A stretch of 64,000 nucleotides of DNA, from NCBI GenBank assembly GCA_035535575.1, contig DATLPS010000086.1, positions 13,156-77,155 on the forward strand, given 5' to 3'. Of this stretch, positions 9,207-17,025 are shown piece after piece; the stretch's first letter is position 1; each line of letters starts with the position of its first letter. The stretch is from Candidatus Limnocylindria bacterium (GTDB lineage Bacteria > Verrucomicrobiota > Verrucomicrobiia > Chthoniobacterales > UBA10450). The notes beneath the pieces were generated by a model, which was not told the origin of the DNA, ran no database searches, and worked only from the letters and a program-made list of their open reading frames with translations. A program made the position numbers and the translations under genes.

Positions 9207-10442
9207 ATGGCTTACATAAACGAAAACTATCTGAAGCTTCAGTCCGGATATCTGTTTCCGGAAGTCGCTCGCCGCGTCCGGGAATTTTGCGAAGCGAATC
9301 CGAAAGAGGCAAAGCGGTTGATTCGATGTGGGATCGGTGATGTGACCGAGGCGCTCCCGCGCGCGGCAGTGGAAGCAATGAAACAGGCTATGGAGGAGCT
9401 CGGCCATCGCGAGACATTTCATGGCTATGGTCCGGAACAGGGTTACGAATTTCTAAGATCGGCAGTCGCGCAGAATGATTATCGCGACCGCAACATCGAG
9501 ATTGCCGACGACGAAATTTTCATCTCCGACGGATCAAAATGCGATTGCGGGTACTTTCTTGACATTCTCGGCGACCAAAACAAAGTCGCCGTCCCCGACC
9601 CGGTTTATCCAGTCTATGTGGATACAAACGTGATGGCTGGCCATGCGGGCCATAGCAGGAAGGACGGCAGCTATGAAGGCATTCTTTATTTGCCCTGCAC
9701 CGCGGAAAATAACTTTGTGCCCGATCCGCCACGGGAACACGTGGATCTGGTTTATCTTTGTTTTCCTAACAATCCAACCGGCGCAGTGGCGTCGCGCGCG
9801 CAGTTGTCGCGCTGGGTCGATTATGCGCGCGAGCACGATGCTCTTTTGCTCTTTGATGCTGCTTACGAAGCGTACATTTCGGAAGCGGACATTCCGCATT
9901 CAATTTTCGAATTGCCGGGCGCGCGCGAGTGCGCGGTTGAATTCCGCAGTTTTTCGAAGAACGGAGGTTTCACGGGCGTGCGCTGCGGGTTTACTGTGAT
10001 GCCGAAGTCCGTGCTCGGTCGAACGGAGAACGGCCGGCGATTACCGCTCCATCCACTTTGGCAGCGGCGTTGGAGCACCAAATCCAACAGCGTGAGTTAT
10101 CCCGTGCAACGAGGTGCCGAAGCCTTGTATTCACCAGAAGGTCGGAAGCAAGTGCGCGTTCTCATCGGCCATTACATGGGAAACGCAAAACTCCTTCGCG
10201 ACGCTGCGGCCGATGCTGGGCTACAGGCTTTTGGCGGCGTGAACGCGCCATACATCTGGGTGAAAACATTGGAGGGCCTGACGAGCTGGCAGATGTTCGA
10301 CCGAATGCTGCGCGAGCTGAATATGGTCATAACCCCGGGTGCTGGCTTTGGCGCGCTAGGGGAAGGCTACTTTCGTATTTCGGCGTTCAACAGCCGAAAC
10401 AACGCGGAGGAAGTAGCGCATCGTCTGAGGATGCTGAATTGA
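9207..10442 (+). CDS. dapL: LL-diaminopimelate aminotransferase
   Basis: 411 aa. The N-terminus [24 protein letters not shown] is characteristic of DapL. It has the class I aminotransferase layout ([14 protein letters not shown], the PLP-lysine region). Confidence 0.85.
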   Translation: MAYINENYLKLQSGYLFPEVARRVREFCEANPKEAKRLIRCGIGDVTEALPRAAVEAMKQAMEELGHRETFHGYGPEQGYEFLRSAVAQNDYRDRNIEIADDEIFISDGSKCDCGYFLDILGDQNKVAVPDPVYPVYVDTNVMAGHAGHSRKDGSYEGILYLPCTAENNFVPDPPREHVDLVYLCFPNNPTGAVASRAQLSRWVDYAREHDALLLFDAAYEAYISEADIPHSIFELPGARECAVEFRSFSKNGGFTGVRCGFTVMPKSVLGRTENGRRLPLHPLWQRRWSTKSNSVSYPVQRGAEALYSPEGRKQVRVLIGHYMGNAKLLRDAAADAGLQAFGGVNAPYIWVKTLEGLTSWQMFDRMLRELNMVITPGAGFGALGEGYFRISAFNSRNNAEEVAHRLRMLN

Positions 10443-10453
10443 TGTCGCATGCT

Positions 10454-10491
10454 GTAGCGTGCGCTGTCTCAGCGCACAGCTCTCCGGCTAC
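10454..10491. repeat. REP-like hairpin flanked by GTAG and CTAC
   Basis: GTAGCGTGCGCTGTCTCAGCGCACAGCTCTCCGGCTAC. It has a perfect 7-bp stem GTGCGCT/AGCGCAC and lies just after the dapL stop. Confidence 0.45.
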
Positions 10492-10523
10492 AAACTCTTG
10501 TCCATACCGCGGAGGCGCGTAGA

Positions 10524-11036
10524 ATGCGCAGAATTTTTTCGGGGATATCACGCGTGCCGGATCGAAAACAAAATCTGCCGCAACTTTATCGTTTTTGCTT
10601 CTTGATGTTGGGCGATCCACGCAAAGCGCAGGAAGTCTTTCACACGACATTGCACGAGGCGGCTTTGCGCGCCGCCCAGGGAGAACTGCCAAAGGAGCCC
10701 TTTTGGCTTTTCCGAGATGCGCGCTGGCGCTGTCTGGAAGCAAGCAAAACAGACCTGCAACCAGAGGCGATCGAACTCGACGAGCATGATCTGACTCCGG
10801 AGGCCGCGTCGCAGATTGAACATCTTCAGCCCACGCAATTGGCAATTTGGATCTCCAACGCGCCCGATCCTCAGCGGAGCGCGCTGGCACTCTTTTACCT
10901 CGGCGAATTCGATTACCGCGAAATTCTCGACCTCGCCGAACTCAAACTGAGCGCGCTCTCGCGGTATCTGTCGCAGGGGCGGCGGCAGTTGCAGGCGTGG
11001 CTGGACGCAAAGCATCCTGAACCGCGACAGGTATGA
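10524..11036 (+). CDS. ECF-type sigma-70 family factor (divergent)
   Basis: 170 aa. It has a region-2-like segment LYRFCFLMLGDPRKAQEVFHTTLHEA. It also has a region-4 helix-turn-helix-like segment PDPQRSALALFYLGEFDYREILDLAELKLSALSRYLSQGRRQL. Confidence 0.6.
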   Translation: MRRIFSGISRVPDRKQNLPQLYRFCFLMLGDPRKAQEVFHTTLHEAALRAAQGELPKEPFWLFRDARWRCLEASKTDLQPEAIELDEHDLTPEAASQIEHLQPTQLAIWISNAPDPQRSALALFYLGEFDYREILDLAELKLSALSRYLSQGRRQLQAWLDAKHPEPRQV

Positions 11037-11809
11037 AAAAGCTGGCGTTATTGCGACGACGACGCGCTCTTTTGAATTGCGCACCAATTAGCCGGGACCA
11101 GCTGTTCGATCGTTCCATGCGCTCGGCCGTATCTCGTGCAGCTGGCTCCATTGAATTTGTCAATCAACAGAATTTTGATCGCGCTCTCGCCGAGCTGGTT
11201 CGGCTCATTCCCATTCCACCGGAAACGGCCGAATGGTTTTCGGAAAAAGACCTCGGCGTTGGTTCAAAGTGGACTTGGAAAAAGATGGTGCGCAATCCCG
11301 CCGTGCTTGCGATCAGCATCGCGGTCGTGGTGATCGCCGGAGTATCCGTGTTCGATGTGCTCGGTCGTTTAAATGATTTTTCGGGATCTGCGACCGCTCG
11401 GAAATTATTGACTGTGGCTGCCTCGACGCGAGCCGTTGTGCTCGATCCGGTAAACACTGAAGCGGGTACACTTAGCGATCTGTTTTTTATGAAACACGGC
11501 CTGGAACATTACGACGTCCCAGCAGAGTTCGCCGATTTTCAGACGATCGGTTGTCGGGTCTTCGACGACGAGGAGTCTCGTCGTGTTGCCCAGATCTGGC
11601 TTGCCGAGAACCGGATGCAGCTATTTCTCTTTCCGGCAGAGCGGGATCCGAAAACTGGCGCGGTGTTGCGGTTTCCCGGGTGGCGCTACGTTCACCAGGA
11701 AGGCTGGGTCGGTGCGGTGACAGAACACAGTGGGGTGTGCTTCATGGCGGCATTGCGGGGACAGGAGAAGGACTTGGAGCCTTATATTTCCAAGCCAACA
11801 GGTAAATAG
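11033..11809 (+). CDS. putative anti-sigma factor, single-pass membrane protein
   Basis: Its start overlaps the sigma gene stop by 4 nt (ATGA). There is one transmembrane segment, PAVLAISIAVVVIAGVSVFDVL. The assignment is by position only. Confidence 0.45.
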   Translation: MKKLALLRRRRALLNCAPISRDQLFDRSMRSAVSRAAGSIEFVNQQNFDRALAELVRLIPIPPETAEWFSEKDLGVGSKWTWKKMVRNPAVLAISIAVVVIAGVSVFDVLGRLNDFSGSATARKLLTVAASTRAVVLDPVNTEAGTLSDLFFMKHGLEHYDVPAEFADFQTIGCRVFDDEESRRVAQIWLAENRMQLFLFPAERDPKTGAVLRFPGWRYVHQEGWVGAVTEHSGVCFMAALRGQEKDLEPYISKPTGK

Positions 11810-11874
11810 ACTGCGATCTACATCCCTGTGCGCGTTGACACCGAATGTGAGGCATTCAACTTTCTTTCCTTCGC

Positions 11875-11946
11875 GCCAGGGTAGCTCAGTGGCAGAGCAG
11901 GGGACTCATAAGCCCTTGGTCGGGAGTTCGAATCTCCCCCCTGGCA
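11875..11946 (+). tRNA. tRNA with CAT anticodon (elongator Met, or Ile2 if lysidine-modified)
   Basis: Hand-folded cloverleaf. Acceptor stem GCCAGGG/CCCTGGC, D arm GCTC-AGTGGCA-GAGC, anticodon loop CTCATAA, variable loop TGGTC, T arm GGGAG-TTCGAAT-CTCCC. There is a discriminator A and no encoded CCA. The G1:C72 pair argues against an initiator tRNA. Confidence 0.85.
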
Positions 11947-11952
11947 TTTCTT

Positions 11953-12019
11953 GATTGCGGATTGAGATTGCGGATTGCGGATTGATTGAGCGTTGGACGT
12001 TGGACCTTCGGCGTTGGAC
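11953..12019. repeat. phased heptanucleotide tandem repeats
   Basis: GATTGCG GATTGAG GATTGCG GATTGCG GATTGAT spans 11953-11987. GTTGGAC GTTGGAC CTTCGGC GTTGGAC spans 11992-12019. The array lies between the tRNA and the ATG at 12035. Confidence 0.7.
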
Positions 12020-12034
12020 GTTTTCTCCTCGGCA

Positions 12035-13561
12035 ATGGATCAGGAAAACGTCTTTCAAAAGCTTTTCGCCCGCGGGAATTCCTACTGGCTGACGCGGTTC
12101 GTCATTCTGCGGCTGCTGGGTTTCGTTTATGCTGTGGCGTTCTTGGTTGCTGCGCAGCAGCTCGTCCCATTAGTTGGAGAGCATGGCTTAACACCGGCGA
12201 ACGATTTTCTCGCAAACATTCAAACGCAACTCGGCTCGCGAACTGCCGGAATGCTGCGAGTGCCGACGCTTTTTTGGTTCGGCATTTCCGACAACGCACT
12301 GTCGATCTTCTCATGGATTGGGTTCGCTTTATCGCTGGTTGTTCTTGCCGGCTACACCAACGCACTTTTGCTGGCAGCACTTTGGGCGATGTACATGTCC
12401 ATCGTTCACGTGGGGCAGATTTGGTACGGATATGGCTGGGAGATTCAACTGCTTGAGACCGGCTTCTTAGCTATCTTTCTCTGCCCGTTAATCGATGGTC
12501 GGCCGTTTCCAAAATGCAGGCCTCCCATCCTGGTTTTCTGGCTGTTTCGGTGGCTCGGCTTTCGGATCATGCTTGGCGCCGGTCTGATTAAGCTCCGCGG
12601 CGACCCGTGCTGGCGCGATCTCACCTGCCTTTCCTATCATTACGAAACGCAGCCGATACCCAGCCCGATCAGTCGTTATCTTCACTTTGCGCCGCTTTGG
12701 TTCCACAAACTTGAGACCGCGTGGAATCACTTCATCGAACTGGTCGTGCCCTGGTTTTCGTTTGGACCGCGACAGGCGAGACACATCGCCGGCATCTTAC
12801 TCGTCACTTTCCAAATATTTCTCATCATCAGCGGCAATCTTTCGTTCCTCAATTACCTCACGATCATTCCGTTTCTCGCGTGCTTTGACGACACCTTCCT
12901 GCGGCATTTGTTGCCGAGGGCAATAGTTCAGCGCGCCGAACGAGCGGCTGAAGAATCGGAGCCGTCGCGCATCAATAACACGATCGCATTCGCTCTATCG
13001 ATTGTTGTTGTCTACCTGAGCGTCGCGCCAGTGTTGAACCTTGTTTCTGGCCGGCAGCTGATGAACTACTCCTATGATCCGTTCGACCTCGTGAATACTT
13101 ATGGGGCATTCGGCAGTGTCGGGCGCGAACGCGATGAAATTATATTTGAGGGAACTGGCGACACGCTAATTACCGGCGATACGCAATGGAAGGAATACGA
13201 GTTTAAAGCCAAACCCGGCGATCCGAATCGCAGGCCGCCGTTCGTCGCGCCTTATCAACCGCGGATCGACTGGCAAATCTGGTTCGCCGCAATGGCGTCA
13301 CCTGCGGATTATCCATGGACGCTGCAGTTCGTTTGGAAACTTCTACATAACGATCGCGGCACACTCTCGCTGCTGGCGAACAATCCTTTTCCAAACGCAC
13401 CGCCTCATTACGTTCGGGCGCGACTCTATCGTTATCGATTCGCGCCGATTGGCGGTAAACCGTGGTGGAAACGCGAACGAGTCGGCGAATGGTTGCCGGC
13501 CCTCGATGTAAACGATCCGCAGTTCCGGCGCTTGCTCGAAGCGATGGATTGGGTCGATTGA
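12035..13561 (+). CDS. lipase maturation factor (LMF1-like) family polytopic membrane protein
   Basis: ORF 11993..13561. I moved the start to the ATG at 12035 (MDQENVFQKLFARGNSYWLTRFVILRLLGFVYAVAFL) because the upstream codons are the heptad repeat. The N-terminal YWLTRF..LR.LG..Y..AF pattern, the many transmembrane segments and the C-terminal soluble part fit the LMF family as I remember it. Confidence 0.65.
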   Translation: MDQENVFQKLFARGNSYWLTRFVILRLLGFVYAVAFLVAAQQLVPLVGEHGLTPANDFLANIQTQLGSRTAGMLRVPTLFWFGISDNALSIFSWIGFALSLVVLAGYTNALLLAALWAMYMSIVHVGQIWYGYGWEIQLLETGFLAIFLCPLIDGRPFPKCRPPILVFWLFRWLGFRIMLGAGLIKLRGDPCWRDLTCLSYHYETQPIPSPISRYLHFAPLWFHKLETAWNHFIELVVPWFSFGPRQARHIAGILLVTFQIFLIISGNLSFLNYLTIIPFLACFDDTFLRHLLPRAIVQRAERAAEESEPSRINNTIAFALSIVVVYLSVAPVLNLVSGRQLMNYSYDPFDLVNTYGAFGSVGRERDEIIFEGTGDTLITGDTQWKEYEFKAKPGDPNRRPPFVAPYQPRIDWQIWFAAMASPADYPWTLQFVWKLLHNDRGTLSLLANNPFPNAPPHYVRARLYRYRFAPIGGKPWWKRERVGEWLPALDVNDPQFRRLLEAMDWVD

Positions 13562-13591
13562 AGATCCATAATCGCAAAGGAGATCCGGGTT

Positions 13592-14607
13592 ATGAAGTCT
13601 GCTCGGGTGATCAGGTCAAACTTTTTGGAGCGCATCGCTGATCCCGCATCGCAATTTTACCCAGATTCTTTGTCGTACCGAAATGGCGAGATCACGAAAG
13701 GCGAGCTAGTCGCACGGCTGCCGCACGTTGCCGTAGTTGGTGATAGCGTGTGCATGGATATCTACATCTCGTCGCCGTCGAGCACGTTATGGCGCGCGCA
13801 TTCTCGCCGCGGAACGAGCTGGTTTCTCGATAATAGTGCTGGGCACCAGGGCATTCGCAGCGTTTCCAAAAGACTGGAAGAGATCACACCCTTTGTTGCG
13901 ATCCAACATGCCGGCATCGGCGCGCTCGTCGATCATGAAGAGTGCCAATTAGGTTTTTTCCGCCGCGTTCTCGGGACGCGGAGTTTTTCCGGACAAATCA
14001 CTCAGCTGCTGCGAGCACCCGTTTTCCTGATCTGATTTTGATTTCACTCGGGCACAACAACGTCGATTGGGCATGGCGATGTCCGTCTGATGAATTGAAT
14101 ACGCCGGAGCGCCGCTTGCGCTATCAATGCCAACAGTTCCGACAAAATTACGCGCGTGAGCTGCGCCGCCTGCTTGGCCGCGCGCGAGGTGAGAAACATC
14201 GCGTGGCCGTCGTCATTTTCGGACTAATAAATTTCGAATCGTATTTCGAAGGTCGCGAGGTGGCCGAACGTCGCCGGCAATCAGACAGACTCTTATATCC
14301 ATACCTGGAAAGGACCTACAAATACTTCATCTCTTTTCATCCAGCTTACCGGCGCAGTTTGATCCGTCTGGCTTCAATGGTGAACGAAGATCTGCGCGGG
14401 ATGGTGGCGGATCTGAATCGCGAATTTAAGGACACTGGAAATATCCAATTGCGATATTCCCGCGCACTAGCGGCAGCAGACCTTGGCCGCGCGGAATTAC
14501 TCCATCCGATCGACGGATGGCATGCGTCGGCCGAAGGCCACAATGTTCTGGCTGAGGCGGTATTCAGCGCGCTTGCGCCGAGTTTGGAATTTATTGGAAT
14601 CAATTGA
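13592..14607 (+). pseudogene. SGNH/GDSL hydrolase split by a frameshift near 14005-14030
   Basis: ORF 13592..14035 carries SGNH block I (VAVVGDSV) and block II (HAGIGA). ORF 13942..14607, in the -1 frame, carries block III (LISLGHNNVDW) and block V (DGWHAS). The two ORFs overlap by 94 nt. Confidence 0.55.
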
Positions 14608-14670
14608 TGCAAGAGGGGCGGTGTCCAATCCGCGCTTTTTGGGACGGCGGACTAGCCGCGTTCGCTAAGG

Positions 14671-16470
14671 CTACGGCGGCCCCGGGAGACCGCCGTTGTT
14701 TGATTGCAAATCGCCACGTTGTTTCAGCCGCTCGATCGTCTCACGCATCATGCGGTAGCCAAAATGGCCCTGCCGAACGCGCAACAACTCCGATCCGTGC
14801 CATTTTTGCTGGATAGCCTCGACATGCTCGGGCCTTGCGATTGAATCGAAATCGCCCGCGATAAATAACACGCGGCCTGCGTCGCACAGGGGGTGATTGT
14901 GCATCGGTGAGCTGAGATGAAGATGACGGGCGACGAGAGCCGGCTCAATGTCCGCCCGATACAGTTCGCGACGAATAAACCGTGCCGCAGGGCTCGCCCA
15001 GATCGCGTGCTCGACGTTCGTGATCGGCGCCATAAGCGCGACAAAACGAAAATCGTGTTCGAGCATGGCGAGAAGAGCGCCGATCCACCCGCCATAGCTG
15101 GTGCCGAGCACACCGAACTGTTGACAGCCGCGTTCGCGCAAAGTTGCCATCAGTTGCCGCAGCTCGATTACACCCTGGCGCAGCCCCTCGGCGTTGCGGA
15201 TAAGATCGGCCGTGATCGCGAGTTCACCATTCCAGTAACCGCGCGGGACACGTGAATAATGATACGGCAGATGCACGAAGCATGCGTTCCAACCAAGTTT
15301 ATTGAACTCCGCCGCGTAACGCCGGTACCCGATGTGACTCGCGGACATAAGTGCATGCAACATCAGGACCGTCGGCGCTTCCCAGCCGCGCGCGCACAGG
15401 AAGAAATCAGCACGTGCCGTATTATTGGCAGTAAAATTTGTGCTAATCGGGCTGGCCCATGTGATTGTCGCGCATTGCCCGTCGACTAGAGGCGCAATTC
15501 CCGGATCGCTCGGTACAGCGTAAAAATCCTCAGCGGTCAGCTTCTCGCATGCGGTTACATACTGCTCCATTTCGAAACGACTGCGCGCGTGCAAGTGATG
15601 ACGCGATTGAAGAAAATTCATCGATGCGCACATGAGCGAATCGATCGTTGCGGCGGCCGCGCGGCGCATTCTGTCTTTCGGAGCGGAGCGAAGCGCAGTC
15701 GAGGAATCGCGTGATGTTGCTGTTCGATTGTGCAACGGGATCCCTCGAGTTCGCTCGGGATGAAGAACGACTTTACTCATCCGCTCTTGTGGCGAATGCG
15801 GCAAATCATCCTCGCTGAGCCGAAACTTCGCGCGCAATTCGGCATATAGATTTCTGAACGCGGCCGCCAGTTCGTGATCGATCTGCTCACGCACCCCAGA
15901 TTTTTGCAAGGTCGGACAGGCTGAGACTGGATTGCCGAACGCGATCCAAATAGGTGTTCGCCTCAACGGCAGCCAGCGCCTCTTTAAATAGAGGCGATCG
16001 CTGCCCACGATCACGCACGGCACAATTGGAGCTCCAGCGATGTGGGCAAGCGTCGCTGCGCCAGGCCGAAGCGGCGCGCCTTCGAGCATTGATTTTGCGC
16101 CATCGCGAATCCCGCCCTCGGGAAAAAGTCCAATAACGCGTCCGTTTTTCAGCCTCTCGATTGCTGTGCGAATCGTTTTGCGATCAGCACGATCTCGGTC
16201 GGCGGGGAACGCATCGACTGCGCGTAAAAGAAACCGCAGTAGCGGGAATCGAAAAAATTCTGCCATCGCCATCCAGTCGATTTTTGTTTCAACGACTGAC
16301 GAAATGATGAATGGATCAAAATGGCTGATGTGATTTGCTGCCAGCAAAAATCCACCGTTTCGATTCGCGTTTTCACGGCCGAGGACTTGAACACGTCCGA
16401 CACAGCCAAACAGCACTTTCATCAGCAGCGCCGCAGCGCGATTTGCGAATGAGTGGAAGTGCGACCGCAT
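14671..16470 (-). CDS. fusion protein: PlsC-type lysophospholipid acyltransferase (N-terminal) plus alpha/beta hydrolase (C-terminal)
   Basis: 599 aa. The N-terminal half has the HX4D motif NHISHFDP and FPEGGIRDG. The C-terminal half has the nucleophile elbow GTSYGG (GxSxG), followed by candidate Asp (GDFDSIA) and His (QGHFGY). Confidence 0.75.
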   Translation of the reverse strand: MRSHFHSFANRAAALLMKVLFGCVGRVQVLGRENANRNGGFLLAANHISHFDPFIISSVVETKIDWMAMAEFFRFPLLRFLLRAVDAFPADRDRADRKTIRTAIERLKNGRVIGLFPEGGIRDGAKSMLEGAPLRPGAATLAHIAGAPIVPCVIVGSDRLYLKRRWLPLRRTPIWIAFGNPVSACPTLQKSGVREQIDHELAAAFRNLYAELRAKFRLSEDDLPHSPQERMSKVVLHPERTRGIPLHNRTATSRDSSTALRSAPKDRMRRAAAATIDSLMCASMNFLQSRHHLHARSRFEMEQYVTACEKLTAEDFYAVPSDPGIAPLVDGQCATITWASPISTNFTANNTARADFFLCARGWEAPTVLMLHALMSASHIGYRRYAAEFNKLGWNACFVHLPYHYSRVPRGYWNGELAITADLIRNAEGLRQGVIELRQLMATLRERGCQQFGVLGTSYGGWIGALLAMLEHDFRFVALMAPITNVEHAIWASPAARFIRRELYRADIEPALVARHLHLSSPMHNHPLCDAGRVLFIAGDFDSIARPEHVEAIQQKWHGSELLRVRQGHFGYRMMRETIERLKQRGDLQSNNGGLPGPP

Positions 16471-16633
16471 CCGATGACGATAGCTGAGTTCTTGAATTGA
16501 TCACAGAGCAGGAGTCAAATAAACTGACGTTCACTGGGCCAAAGCCTAAGGGGCTGGCGTCACGCGAGAGGACGCGGACCCCTTTCCCACTCGCGAACAT
16601 TTTCAGGCTGATTCCTTTTATGAACGTGGTATC

Positions 16634-16960
16634 ATGGTTGGCGGTTCCGCGAGTTTTTGGGTCACAGCTATGAAACCGAGGAGTCCTTCCACGGGAGGCA
16701 AGGGACGATTCCCGCAGACGGACTATTTTTTCCATTCCGGTTTTGGCCAATGGCACGGTGGGTATTTCTCGCCTTACGATGGAGAGGATAGGTCGGGTTT
16801 CAGGAATTTTTATAATCTAGGACGCGAATACCGGCTTGAGGCGGCACGGGAACGGGCGAAGGAGATGGCGGTGTTTGCGCTGATTGTTTTGACCTCCGCG
16901 TGGCCGGTGCTCTACATGGTGGTCACGGTGGTGAAATTGCTGAGCAAAGGCCGTCCGTAG
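16634..16960 (+). CDS. hypothetical small protein with a C-terminal transmembrane helix
   Basis: 108-aa ORF in a 550-nt gap that otherwise has no gene. The hydrophobic tail is MAVFALIVLTSAWPVLYMVVTVVKLL. I recognised no family and the start is uncertain. Confidence 0.25.
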   Translation: MVGGSASFWVTAMKPRSPSTGGKGRFPQTDYFFHSGFGQWHGGYFSPYDGEDRSGFRNFYNLGREYRLEAARERAKEMAVFALIVLTSAWPVLYMVVTVVKLLSKGRP

Positions 16961-17025
16961 CTCGCTCTCTGATTACGGCCGGATTCCGATCTCCGCGACT
17001 GATATGCCCGATGAACACCGAAACG

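Noticed and set aside
11953-12019. A CRISPR array or minisatellite-type defence repeat
   Set aside because: The units are 7 nt with no spacers. The other repeat loci are single hairpins or doublets. There are no cas genes in the window.
11730-12456. ORFs 11730..11954 and 11986..12456, which overlap the tRNA and the heptad repeats
   Set aside because: They read through a tRNA gene and a 7-nt tandem repeat. The LMF-family frame starting at 12035 explains the coding signal.
14640-14700. A REP-like palindrome, ACGGCGG-N10-CCGCCGT, preceded by CTAC
   Set aside because: The CTAC/GTAG is on the wrong side of the palindrome for either REP orientation. Most of the sequence lies inside the 3' end of the CDS at 14671..16470.
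11875-16470. A genomic island integrated at the tRNA-Met gene
   Set aside because: I could see no integrase, recombinase or transposase, and no duplicated tRNA 3' end. There is no obvious compositional shift by eye. The downstream genes look native.
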